DNA from: a virus | Length of the DNA: 64,000 bases | Reading direction: 5' to 3' (one strand) | IMG/VR virus record: IMGVR_UViG_3300032304_000700 | Coordinates: 1-64,000 of that record | Part shown: one piece after another, positions 55,867 through 64,000 of the stretch | Layout: each line of letters opens with the position of its first letter | How positions within the stretch are numbered: the stretch's first letter is position 1 | Notes under the pieces: model-generated | The model's database searches: none | The model's input: the letters and a program-made list of their open reading frames with translations, nothing else | What the model was told of the DNA's origin: nothing | Made by a program: the position numbers and the translations under genes

Positions 55867-56825
55867 ATTTCTTTAATCCAATTTTGTTTATTTGTATATT
55901 TTGTCAATCCATCTCTCAATTTACAAAATTCTAAATTTACTTTTTCAAATTCATCCTCTTGTAATTCTAAATATCTTTGATGAAATTCCCCTTTACTACT
56001 TGCTCTATATTTGTAATCAATACCTTTCATCCAATCGGTATGTATAATTGGAACTTTACCATTATCAACTGCATCAAAAATTGCATATCCAAATGGTTCT
56101 TTGGTATAACATCCATGAAATATTTGAAAGTTTTTTTGAAAAAAATTATTATGAAAATTATAATCAAATTCCATAAAATTATGATAGTCCGAATTAGTTT
56201 TTGACCCTTCTAACATTCTTTTGTAATCGTATTTGTTTGAAAAGATAATTGATGGAATGCAATCTAAATAGTGTGCATTCTTTCTGGTCTCACATCTTGC
56301 AGCATATCCAATTTTATTAGTTATTATTCCTGTGAATGGTTTATTGTGTTTCCATTCATAGTAGTTTGTAATCGTTTTTGTTTTTGGATATTGATTGTGT
56401 ATTGTATCGTTTTCATATCCTATCCAAACTATGTTTTCGGAATTATCTAATATTTCTTTTTGCCATTCCCAATCGACTTTTGTCATTATATTTTCGTAAT
56501 CAGAATTTAAACCCAACATATCAGGAATAAACGCATGGACAAATGTAAGATAAGTTTTGTGTAAATAGTTTTTAATAATAGGATTTTGTTTGTAAGAGTG
56601 ATGTAAGAAAATAATCTTATCACATTCATCTAATATTTTATCAACTTCTTTTTCGTTTCCAAAAGTGTAGATTGCATCAATTTCTCTAATCAACGGCCTG
56701 CCATCAATTATAATTTTATAATCTTCTTTGACTAATGGTAAAACATTTTCTATAAAGTTATTGCACCAAATATCAGCACCACCGATAACATTTTTTCCAT
56801 AACCTGTTGTAATAAAAACTATCAT
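55839..56825 (-). CDS. GT-B fold (GT4-like) glycosyltransferase
   Basis: N-term GG..W; ARCETRKN; EPFGYAIFDAVDNGKVPI (EPFG..ExA-like motif). Confidence 0.7.
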   Translation of the reverse strand: MIVFITTGYGKNVIGGADIWCNNFIENVLPLVKEDYKIIIDGRPLIREIDAIYTFGNEKEVDKILDECDKIIFLHHSYKQNPIIKNYLHKTYLTFVHAFIPDMLGLNSDYENIMTKVDWEWQKEILDNSENIVWIGYENDTIHNQYPKTKTITNYYEWKHNKPFTGIITNKIGYAARCETRKNAHYLDCIPSIIFSNKYDYKRMLEGSKTNSDYHNFMEFDYNFHNNFFQKNFQIFHGCYTKEPFGYAIFDAVDNGKVPIIHTDWMKGIDYKYRASSKGEFHQRYLELQEDEFEKVNLEFCKLRDGLTKYTNKQNWIKEICSYLMMYL

Positions 56826-56843
56826 AACTTATTTTAATATTTT

Positions 56844-57242
56844 TTACAATCCACAATCACCTAAATATCTAAAATCTCCAGAATTACTTATTCTACCATA
56901 TGAAGTAGCATCTGAGTAAATTCTTCCACCACCAGCAAATTCGGTACCATCTGAATTATAATATGTTGTTCCATCATTTAAACCACCATACTCATTACTA
57001 TAAAGTACATTAGTATAATTTCCATTTCCGGCATTTAAACAAGCTGTTCCAGTTGGTCCAGTTGTTCCAGTTGCAACAAAAAATGCATAAGTATATCCAC
57101 CACCCCCTCCTCCTGGATTTAGCCAACTATCAAATTCCGACATACTATCTGGTGCAGTAAGTCCTCTAGCAGCGGCATAACTTCTAAGATTTAAATCCGA
57201 GCTTCCTAATTTATTTTTTATAGCTAACATTGATTGACTCAT
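56844..57242 (-). CDS. Small Gly-rich virion-associated protein
   Basis: TAATG-coupled to the tail fibre. P.SMSEF motif is typical of proteins following S74 fibres. Confidence 0.65.
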   Translation of the reverse strand: MSQSMLAIKNKLGSSDLNLRSYAAARGLTAPDSMSEFDSWLNPGGGGGGYTYAFFVATGTTGPTGTACLNAGNGNYTNVLYSNEYGGLNDGTTYYNSDGTEFAGGGRIYSDATSYGRISNSGDFRYLGDCGL

Positions 57243-60200
57243 TATCTATTCCTTTTTAATTCTTCAATTTCTGATTTTAATTCTTTAATACACTCAACCA
57301 ATAATGGAACGATTCTTTCATAATTTAAAGTCATATAATTTTCACCAGATTTACTTTGATTAGTTTGACCAAGAGAATCAAAAGGTGCCAAATCAATCAC
57401 TTCAGGTAAAACTTCGTTAACTTCTTGTGCAATTAATCCAATTTGTCTTTTTTTATTTTTAAATCCAAAATCTTCCGCTAATTTATTTTGTGTATAATAT
57501 ACCCCGTTTAACTTTTCAATTTTATCTAACGGATTTTCAATTTTGCCTTCAATATTTTTTAATCTACCATCAGAATAGTTTGCCACTACATCACCCCAAA
57601 CCTGTAATTTTGTACCATTTAAAGTTGCCCATGGCCCCCCTGCATATTGACCAAAAGTAAATGAAGTCAGAGCACTCAATACCGTATTTCTTTCAATAGA
57701 TTCTAATCCTGGTATCCCCTCATTATATATAGTTTTATATCCTCTAAGAAATCCCATTATAGTTGCCGGTGTGTCCGGGTCCCTAAATTCAAAATTACCC
57801 CCAGGTGTAATCGTTTGCGGGTTCATACCTGATGCTAGAACATCTTTCCACCCTCTTATTATGACATTTGAATTTACAGTCATATTACCAGATAATGTTG
57901 CATTTCCACTACTATCTACTGAAAATTTATCCGGCCCGATATTAATAGTACCACCGGTTATGGTTGTACCACTTAAGGTTCCACCGGTTATGGTTGTACC
58001 ACTTATTGTTGTACCACTTATTGTTGTACCACTTAATGTTCCACCGGTTATAGTAGAACCACTTACTGCTCCTTTAAAGAATGCATTCCCCGATGTATCA
58101 ATATAAAATTGTTGTGCATGTATAGAACCACCACTATTTAAAGTTATACCAGATGTTGAAAAACCATCTGTATCTTTTGTTCCACTAAATATTGAATTAC
58201 TATCTATTGTCCAACCACCAACAGTACCTGCCGTTTTAGCAGAACCATTTTGTTGAGCAGTTGCACCACTAGCCGCACCATCTTTAACGGTTGTTGCATC
58301 TGTTCCACCAATTGTTGCCGTACCTGAAATTGAAACACTACCTGCTATTACAACTCCTTCACTTTCAGTGAATTTTATGTGTGCACCAGACGGGTCTCCA
58401 AATCTCATACTACCTGTTGTATCTAAGTAATATCCTTTTCCGGTCATTAATGCCGATGCATTTGCACTTCTAATAAATCCTTTATCACTTGTACCATATG
58501 TTCCCATTACTAAACCTCGTGTAATAGTTGCATCTTGTGCCAAAAGAATATCAGTTGCAACCGAACTAAACGTTGCACCAAATGAACTCCATTGATTTAA
58601 ATATGATGTACCAGTTATTGGTTTATCCACTGCACCATCTGCAGTAGATGTGTGTCCTACTTTTGTTAAATAGTATTGTGAATTACTACCTCTTACAACA
58701 TCTATTCTAACGGATGATGAAAAATATGCTGTATTAGGTGCCCAATCTCCTCTATAAACTACACCTGGTCCTGCACCACCATCTGCACCATTTAAACCGT
58801 TACTTCCTGCAGTTCCCGTATTCACTTTTGTAAATCTTGCAACAATAGTTTGTGTTTGACCAGTAGTACCTTCACTATCAGTATGTGTTACAACAATTGT
58901 AGCAGATGCTTCAGCTGCATTCATTACTGCAGATGTCATTGTTAATATTGCACTACTAATTGTTGGATTTGTTGAAAACCCTGAATATGTTGCAGTCATA
59001 GATGTAAATCTACTCGTAGTTCCTTCCAATGCAGTTACTGTCACATTTGATAAAATTCCAGTTTGAACACCAGCAGCATTGGCCAATACCGATTGTGCTT
59101 GTGGAGTTGCAGATATAACTACATTTGGAACTGCTTTTTTAGTTTTTGATAATGCCAATGTATCTGTTATAGTTCTACTTACACCTTCCGAATCTGTAAC
59201 TACTGCACTAATATCTACAGTTGTTGAATTTACTCCGTTTGCTAAAGTTTTTCCATTTAAAGTAATCAATCCTGTTGATGGTGTTGTTGATATAGTTGCA
59301 ATATTTGCAGATGTTGCAGTTAAAGATGTTATCGTTAAATTTGTAGTAACACCATTATAAGTTTCTTTTACCGATATGGTTACATTTGAAAATGCATCTA
59401 TTTGTTCACCTGTTGATTTTGCAGTTACTGTTTGGTCTTTTGGTGTTGATGTAATTTGCAAAACGGGTGCAGCTTTTTTGTTTTTAGTATATGTTACTAA
59501 TTTTGTTGTATCAGATGTATCACCCGCACCATCTTTATATCTTATAGTCAAATTCAAAGAACCACTATCAGCATCTAATCTTGTTATGAAATAGTCGGTT
59601 GTTGAATAATTCAATGAACCAGTTTGAACATTTGTTGCAACTGCCGATACAACATCAAATCTATTATTTGCAGATAATCCATTATTATGTGTTATAGTTT
59701 CATTACCAACTTTAACACTAACCGAACCACTACTCAATACAAAAGAACCACTTTCTACAAATCCAGTAGAACGTGCCGGTAGTGATGCATTATCGTTTGT
59801 CAAAGATACAGATAATCCATCTAATATTTTTACAGGACTTATTTTAATTGCATCTGAAAATACATTCCCAAATTGGTCAGAACCAGAAATAGAATAAATC
59901 GTTTCACCCGTTCCATATGGATAAGATGTTCCTGATAATGTATAAGTATCTACACCATTTGTTGTATTTGTGGAAACATATGTTAGAGCGGGTTTTCCAC
60001 TTCCAGAATTTACAGTTAAAGGAGTGTCTGCAGATGCTAAGTTTTTTCTTTTAGCTTCAAGTGTTATAACTTGACCTGTTGGGTTTAATGATAAATCGGT
60101 TGCTTTGTAAATAAATTGATTTGTATTTGCAGTTACAAAAACACCAGGTGCATTATCACCATCTTCAAATCTATAAATTGTTTCATGTTGATGTAATTCT

Positions 60201-61864
60201 TCACATGATGCAGTATATGTAATTGACCCAATCGTTATATTTGCAAGACTTCCAGTAAACTCATCTATATGTGCAATAAAACCATTTTCACTTGGATTTG
60301 TAGGTTCTCCTGGATATGGATAAGGGCCACCTGGAGCTGAAGCATAAACGGATGGTGCAATATAACTTCCTGTTAGGTCAAAAACTGAACGGCCGTATGT
60401 TACCGAACCTGTTAAATTTGTCCTTCCAACTGTAAATGCAATTTGTTGAAATCTCGGATTACCAATTGAACCAGTAGCAAATCTAAATGCATTTCTATCC
60501 GAATCAAATGTTAATGTTTTTGCTACTCTATTTAAATTACCTCCTGTAAAATTTGCACTTTGAGTAACAAACACAGGTACATAGTTATTATTAACATCGT
60601 AAAATTCAAACTTAAAATTATAATCTTCATTACCAATTGAAGTAGGCATTGTAGTTATAAAAGAAACCTCATCAGGAGAAAAAGCTGTATCTTGTGATAA
60701 TCTCAAACTAATATTTCCTAAATGCCATTCACCTTGAGATTGTGAAAAATACAAAGATGCAGTTGGATAATCTCTATCTATTTTAAATGGTATTACCGTA
60801 TCTAATAAATTTTTAGTTGGTTGTGTTCCTACTAAAGTTGCAAGACTACTTGTAAATGTTGTAGACTGAGAAACATAACTCAAATATATCCCCAAATTAC
60901 TAGATGTGGATGCTGAATAAAATGCATCTAAATTTAATTCATATGTATTTGCACTTTTTATATCTAAAGATGAGGTATATGTTAATTTTCCGTTACCAGT
61001 CATCTTTATACCACTCTCAACTCTATTATTTGATAATTGTGTATTCAATGAACCAGTATTCCAATAATTTTTAAGTGTTTCTGATGTAAATGTTCCTGTA
61101 TTTCCTACGACACTTCCCGATAGTCCAAATGTAGTTAATAATTCTTTTGATTCAACTAATATATCTTGTATCAAACTAAAATCGGATATATCACCCAATG
61201 AAGTTCTAAATACTTTTACTCTTTTTACATCTCCGGCAAATGTTTCTAAATTTGATAACTTAATATCTGCAAATGATTGACTTATTCCTGAATTTATTTT
61301 TGAACCACTATCTATTCTATAAATTGGTTCTAATAATTCAGTAATACTTACGGTAGGCCTTTTATAAAATCTAATCTTAGTGGTATTTGCAAGAGATGGG
61401 TTTACATCAATTTGCTTTTGCCATTTTACATTATACTTATTTTCCCAATCCAACGGCACAGGAAGTGTAAGACCATTTGAATCTTGATATTCACTTAATT
61501 CACCCAATATAGTAAGTGTACAAGGGCCATATGCAGTATCCGGATAAACATATACTGCAACTACTTTAGAAACACCTTCATAATATTCTGCAATAAATGG
61601 TTCACCACCTAATGATGAAGAAATCAAACCCTCACCAGGTTCGTGATAGATAACATTTCCGGCAGAATCTTTTAATTCAATCTGTATTTTAGTATCCGGA
61701 ACCAAATATTCCGAACCTGCGATTAAGAATGCATTTTTTCCACCTGTAAATGTGTCAGGTAGTTCGGTTATTTTAAAATATTTACTATCCGATTGAGTAT
61801 CGTTTACTAATATAGCGTACTTATCTAAATTCTTTGGGAATAATGTTTTCTTTATAACAGCCAT
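57242..61864 (-). CDS. Large tail fibre/baseplate-associated protein with C-terminal S74 chaperone
   Basis: N-term SKYFKITELPDTFTGGKNAFLIAGS; GTTISG pentapeptide repeats; YSDGRLKNI...GLIAQEV..VLPE...YERIVPLLVECIKEL. Confidence 0.85.
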   Translation of the reverse strand: MAVIKKTLFPKNLDKYAILVNDTQSDSKYFKITELPDTFTGGKNAFLIAGSEYLVPDTKIQIELKDSAGNVIYHEPGEGLISSSLGGEPFIAEYYEGVSKVVAVYVYPDTAYGPCTLTILGELSEYQDSNGLTLPVPLDWENKYNVKWQKQIDVNPSLANTTKIRFYKRPTVSITELLEPIYRIDSGSKINSGISQSFADIKLSNLETFAGDVKRVKVFRTSLGDISDFSLIQDILVESKELLTTFGLSGSVVGNTGTFTSETLKNYWNTGSLNTQLSNNRVESGIKMTGNGKLTYTSSLDIKSANTYELNLDAFYSASTSSNLGIYLSYVSQSTTFTSSLATLVGTQPTKNLLDTVIPFKIDRDYPTASLYFSQSQGEWHLGNISLRLSQDTAFSPDEVSFITTMPTSIGNEDYNFKFEFYDVNNNYVPVFVTQSANFTGGNLNRVAKTLTFDSDRNAFRFATGSIGNPRFQQIAFTVGRTNLTGSVTYGRSVFDLTGSYIAPSVYASAPGGPYPYPGEPTNPSENGFIAHIDEFTGSLANITIGSITYTASCEELHQHETIYRFEDGDNAPGVFVTANTNQFIYKATDLSLNPTGQVITLEAKRKNLASADTPLTVNSGSGKPALTYVSTNTTNGVDTYTLSGTSYPYGTGETIYSISGSDQFGNVFSDAIKISPVKILDGLSVSLTNDNASLPARSTGFVESGSFVLSSGSVSVKVGNETITHNNGLSANNRFDVVSAVATNVQTGSLNYSTTDYFITRLDADSGSLNLTIRYKDGAGDTSDTTKLVTYTKNKKAAPVLQITSTPKDQTVTAKSTGEQIDAFSNVTISVKETYNGVTTNLTITSLTATSANIATISTTPSTGLITLNGKTLANGVNSTTVDISAVVTDSEGVSRTITDTLALSKTKKAVPNVVISATPQAQSVLANAAGVQTGILSNVTVTALEGTTSRFTSMTATYSGFSTNPTISSAILTMTSAVMNAAEASATIVVTHTDSEGTTGQTQTIVARFTKVNTGTAGSNGLNGADGGAGPGVVYRGDWAPNTAYFSSSVRIDVVRGSNSQYYLTKVGHTSTADGAVDKPITGTSYLNQWSSFGATFSSVATDILLAQDATITRGLVMGTYGTSDKGFIRSANASALMTGKGYYLDTTGSMRFGDPSGAHIKFTESEGVVIAGSVSISGTATIGGTDATTVKDGAASGATAQQNGSAKTAGTVGGWTIDSNSIFSGTKDTDGFSTSGITLNSGGSIHAQQFYIDTSGNAFFKGAVSGSTITGGTLSGTTISGTTISGTTITGGTLSGTTITGGTINIGPDKFSVDSSGNATLSGNMTVNSNVIIRGWKDVLASGMNPQTITPGGNFEFRDPDTPATIMGFLRGYKTIYNEGIPGLESIERNTVLSALTSFTFGQYAGGPWATLNGTKLQVWGDVVANYSDGRLKNIEGKIENPLDKIEKLNGVYYTQNKLAEDFGFKNKKRQIGLIAQEVNEVLPEVIDLAPFDSLGQTNQSKSGENYMTLNYERIVPLLVECIKELKSEIEELKRNR
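57948..58062. repeat. 15-bp-unit repeats encoding G-T-T/L-I-S/T pentapeptides
   Basis: Tandem ttgtaccacttattg / ccaccggttatgg units; protein GSTITGGTLSGTTISGTTISGTTITGGTLSGTTITGGTI. Confidence 0.8.
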
Positions 61865-61877
61865 TTAATCTTTTTAA

Positions 61878-61885
61878 ATAAATAT
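61878..61885 (-). promoter_or_regulatory. ATATTTAT putative late-promoter motif for the tail fibre/glycan operon
   Basis: 13 nt upstream of ATG 61864; divergent partner at 61907. Confidence 0.6.
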
Positions 61886-61906
61886 CTCCAAAAAAATTAT
61901 TATCTC

Positions 61907-61914
61907 ATATTTAT
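61907..61914 (+). promoter_or_regulatory. ATATTTAT motif on the plus strand upstream of the only credible plus-strand gene
   Basis: 51 nt upstream of ATG 61966; supports the sense orientation of the motif. Confidence 0.6.
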
Positions 61915-61916
61915 AT

Positions 61917-61960
61917 AAAGAAAACTAATAAAGTCTTTAAAAAACTAAAGAAAACTAAAT
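61917..61960 (+). repeat. 10-bp-phased direct repeats (AAAACTAA), putative RHH operator
   Basis: aaaactaa at 61921, 61941 and 61951, between the motif and the RHH start codon. Confidence 0.6.
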
Positions 61961-61965
61961 AAGTT

Positions 61966-62151
61966 ATGAAATACGCAATGTTACAAATCAAAAAAGAAAC
62001 CCATGAACTTCTCAAAGAATATTGTGAAGAACACGGGTTTAAAATGGGTAGTCTAGTTGAAAATCTAATTAAGAAACACATTGGTGTCTCAAAACCACAA
62101 TCAAGTGTGTTGAAGGCTGATAAGGTAGTTCTTAGAAATCAATCTTACTAA
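61966..62151 (+). CDS. Ribbon-helix-helix-like DNA-binding protein
   Basis: MKYAMLQIKKETHELLKEYCEEHGFKMGSLVENLIKKH: alternating beta strand, helix, G-x-x turn, helix. Confidence 0.7.
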   Translation: MKYAMLQIKKETHELLKEYCEEHGFKMGSLVENLIKKHIGVSKPQSSVLKADKVVLRNQSY

Positions 62152-64000
62152 ATCCATTTTCTTTTTTTATTTCAATCAATCCGTCTACGATGTCTCTCAT
62201 TTGTTCTAAGTGAGAAATCATCCATATAAAATCAAATTGAGTTTTAAGATATTGCATCATCATAAATAAAGATGATAAATTGTCTGCATCTAATGTTCCA
62301 AATCCTTCATCTACTACTAAGAAATTTGGACGAGGTAGGTTACATACATTAATAAGTGCAACTCTAATAGCAAGTCCACTAACAAACTTCTCCATACCAC
62401 TACACATCTCCAACGGCCATTCCTGGTCTTCGTAAACAATCTTTGCATTGATTGACTTGCCGTCCATTTCCATTGTAATACCAAAATCTACAACCTGTCC
62501 TAAAATATTATTAATTTCATTCTCAATTACTGGAAGTGCTTTACTAATTAACTCATAAGGAATACCATCTCTCTTTACGGCATCCAAATAATAGGTGTAT
62601 AATCTGTTCTTTTCTTCTAAGTCCTTAACATCATTCATCTTTTGTTTAATACCTCCTATATAGGTCTCTAATGATGAAATAGAACCATTCTTAAATGATA
62701 TTTGTTTACTGATATCTTTGATGTCCGACTCAATTTTCTTTTTCTCTACTTCTAATTCTTTAATTTGTTTTTCTAACTCTTTATTACTTTGAATTGTTTC
62801 TTCGTTTTCATAATACTTTTCAATATCTTCTTCAACTTTATCCAATTGATGTTGTAATAATTCTTCTTTTGTTTCTAAACCAGATAATTCAGCTTCGGCC
62901 GTCTTTAAGATGCCTTTGGATTGTCCAAGTTTTATTTTTAAGTCGGTCAATTCATTATATTGTTCCTCAACACCTTCCATCGTATCTATGGTTTGTTGAA
63001 TACTGGTACAATCAACTAAGGCTTCTCTAAGTATTTCTTTTAATTGAGGTAATAATTCTTTTACTCTCATTGCATCTTTTACAAAAGTATTATCACAACA
63101 AAATTCACAATTTGGGTCGTATTTATGATTATCCAAATGTGTAATCGTTTCTTCTGCGGAACTTACATGCAATTTTGCAATATCATAAGTTTTAGTTGCT
63201 TCTATTAATGCTTTTTCTTCTCGTTGATAATTTGAATATGCCGTTTCAATATCAATACTACCAAATAATTTTTTATCTTCTATTGATTGTGAAATTTCTT
63301 CAATTTTTCCTTCTAATATTTTAATGAATGTTTCTTTTGTACCAATTAAAGTTGTATTGTTTTGAATATCTTCACTCAAACCCTTTCTTTTTTCTTTCAA
63401 AATAGGTAAGTCCAAATTAGAATCAATTGGAGTAAGATTTCTACTTAATTCCAATATAACACTATCTAATCCACCTTTGTCACCATTTAATCTAGCCAAT
63501 TCGGTTTCTAATTCTTTTAATTCAACCTTTGTTTCTTTTAAGATATTTGCATTATTTGCAAGTTCCGTTGTAAAGTCGGTTTTCTTAAAGTTCTTAATCA
63601 ATACTGAAACTTCTTTGATATCCTCAATTGCTGTATCGTATAATTTATCAAAAACATTTAATCCCATAAATTGAGCAAGTAAATCTTTTCTTTCACTTTG
63701 TGACTTATCAATGAATATAGAGTTATTACCTTGTAAAGATAATGTAGTCAATACGAAATCTTCATACTTACCAACATATTGTTCAATGACTTGATTTGTA
63801 TCTCTCCTTTCGGTTCCGTTTAGGGACACCTTCTCACCACCCATGTCAATATACCAAAAGTTTACATCAACCTTTACATTCTTACCTTTGTTAATTGTTT
63901 TAGCAGTTCTTTCAATAAAGTAATCCACTCCATTAACTTGGAAATTCAAATAACATCTAAAATCAGTCTTACGATTGTTTAAGATATTAGCTGCTTTGAA
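62132..64000 (-). CDS. gp46: SbcC/Rad50-like recombination ATPase (T4 gp46 family), 5'-truncated by window edge
   Basis: Frame open to 64000 (FKAANILNNRKTDFRCYLNFQ...); Q-loop SLQG, zinc hook CEFC, signature CSGMEKF, Walker B/D-loop VVDEGFGTLD, H-loop ISH. Confidence 0.9.
   Translation of the reverse strand, partial: FKAANILNNRKTDFRCYLNFQVNGVDYFIERTAKTINKGKNVKVDVNFWYIDMGGEKVSLNGTERRDTNQVIEQYVGKYEDFVLTTLSLQGNNSIFIDKSQSERKDLLAQFMGLNVFDKLYDTAIEDIKEVSVLIKNFKKTDFTTELANNANILKETKVELKELETELARLNGDKGGLDSVILELSRNLTPIDSNLDLPILKEKRKGLSEDIQNNTTLIGTKETFIKILEGKIEEISQSIEDKKLFGSIDIETAYSNYQREEKALIEATKTYDIAKLHVSSAEETITHLDNHKYDPNCEFCCDNTFVKDAMRVKELLPQLKEILREALVDCTSIQQTIDTMEGVEEQYNELTDLKIKLGQSKGILKTAEAELSGLETKEELLQHQLDKVEEDIEKYYENEETIQSNKELEKQIKELEVEKKKIESDIKDISKQISFKNGSISSLETYIGGIKQKMNDVKDLEEKNRLYTYYLDAVKRDGIPYELISKALPVIENEINNILGQVVDFGITMEMDGKSINAKIVYEDQEWPLEMCSGMEKFVSGLAIRVALINVCNLPRPNFLVVDEGFGTLDADNLSSLFMMMQYLKTQFDFIWMISHLEQMRDIVDGLIEIKKENGFSKIDF

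Noticed and set aside
38437-56825. Bacterial LPS/capsule locus (host contamination or prophage boundary)
   Set aside because: It is co-oriented and tightly coupled with phage structural genes on both sides, with no wzx/wzy/ABC export or housekeeping genes.
3153-63674. Numerous short plus-strand ORFs (e.g. 25534..26118 Ser-rich, 34106..34561, 57771..58106)
   Set aside because: They are antisense to well-supported minus-strand genes and lack motifs. Only 61966..62151 has independent support.
1-64000. Stop-codon reassignment as seen in some large phages
   Set aside because: Core genes are intact in the standard code, and TAG (e.g. 3624, 41109) and TGA (e.g. 42077, 52598) act as stops abutting the next start.

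Overview
This window is an AT-rich, almost entirely minus-strand segment of a large T4-like (Caudoviricetes, myovirus-type) phage, probably infecting Bacteroidota. The host guess rests on a Bacteroidota-type ribosomal protein bS21 gene missed by the ORF track and on A-rich starts that mostly lack SD sequences. In window order it holds: (1-18 kb) a battery of modular Ser/Thr-rich fibre and adhesin genes (collagen-like, LamG, fibrinogen-like, S74 chaperone); (18-35 kb) neck gp15/14/13, major capsid gp23, scaffold, bS21, prohead protease gp21, portal gp20 and terminase gp17; (36-57 kb) a ligase-like/nucleotidyltransferase fusion and a ~21-gene glycan synthesis/modification cluster (ThDP alpha/beta pair, RmlC, NAD epimerase, six SGNH-like paralogs, two GT7 enzymes with inserted LamG domains, GT2-like, GT4-like, methyltransferase, radical SAM); (57-64 kb) a large tail fibre, a divergent RHH regulator and partial gp46/SbcC. 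The leading candidate for an undescribed system is phage-encoded virion glycosylation: a tightly coupled, probably late glycan operon plus a striking [S/T]-[G/A/S/Q]-S motif across surface structural proteins. Other observations are a promoter-like motif ATATTTAT (inverse of the T4 late TATAAATA), a 17-bp operator-like repeat shared by the RHH gene and the capsid operon, a structured capsid-operon leader, and a gene flanked by identical 32-bp terminators. All family calls come from motif recognition by eye; no database searches were run.
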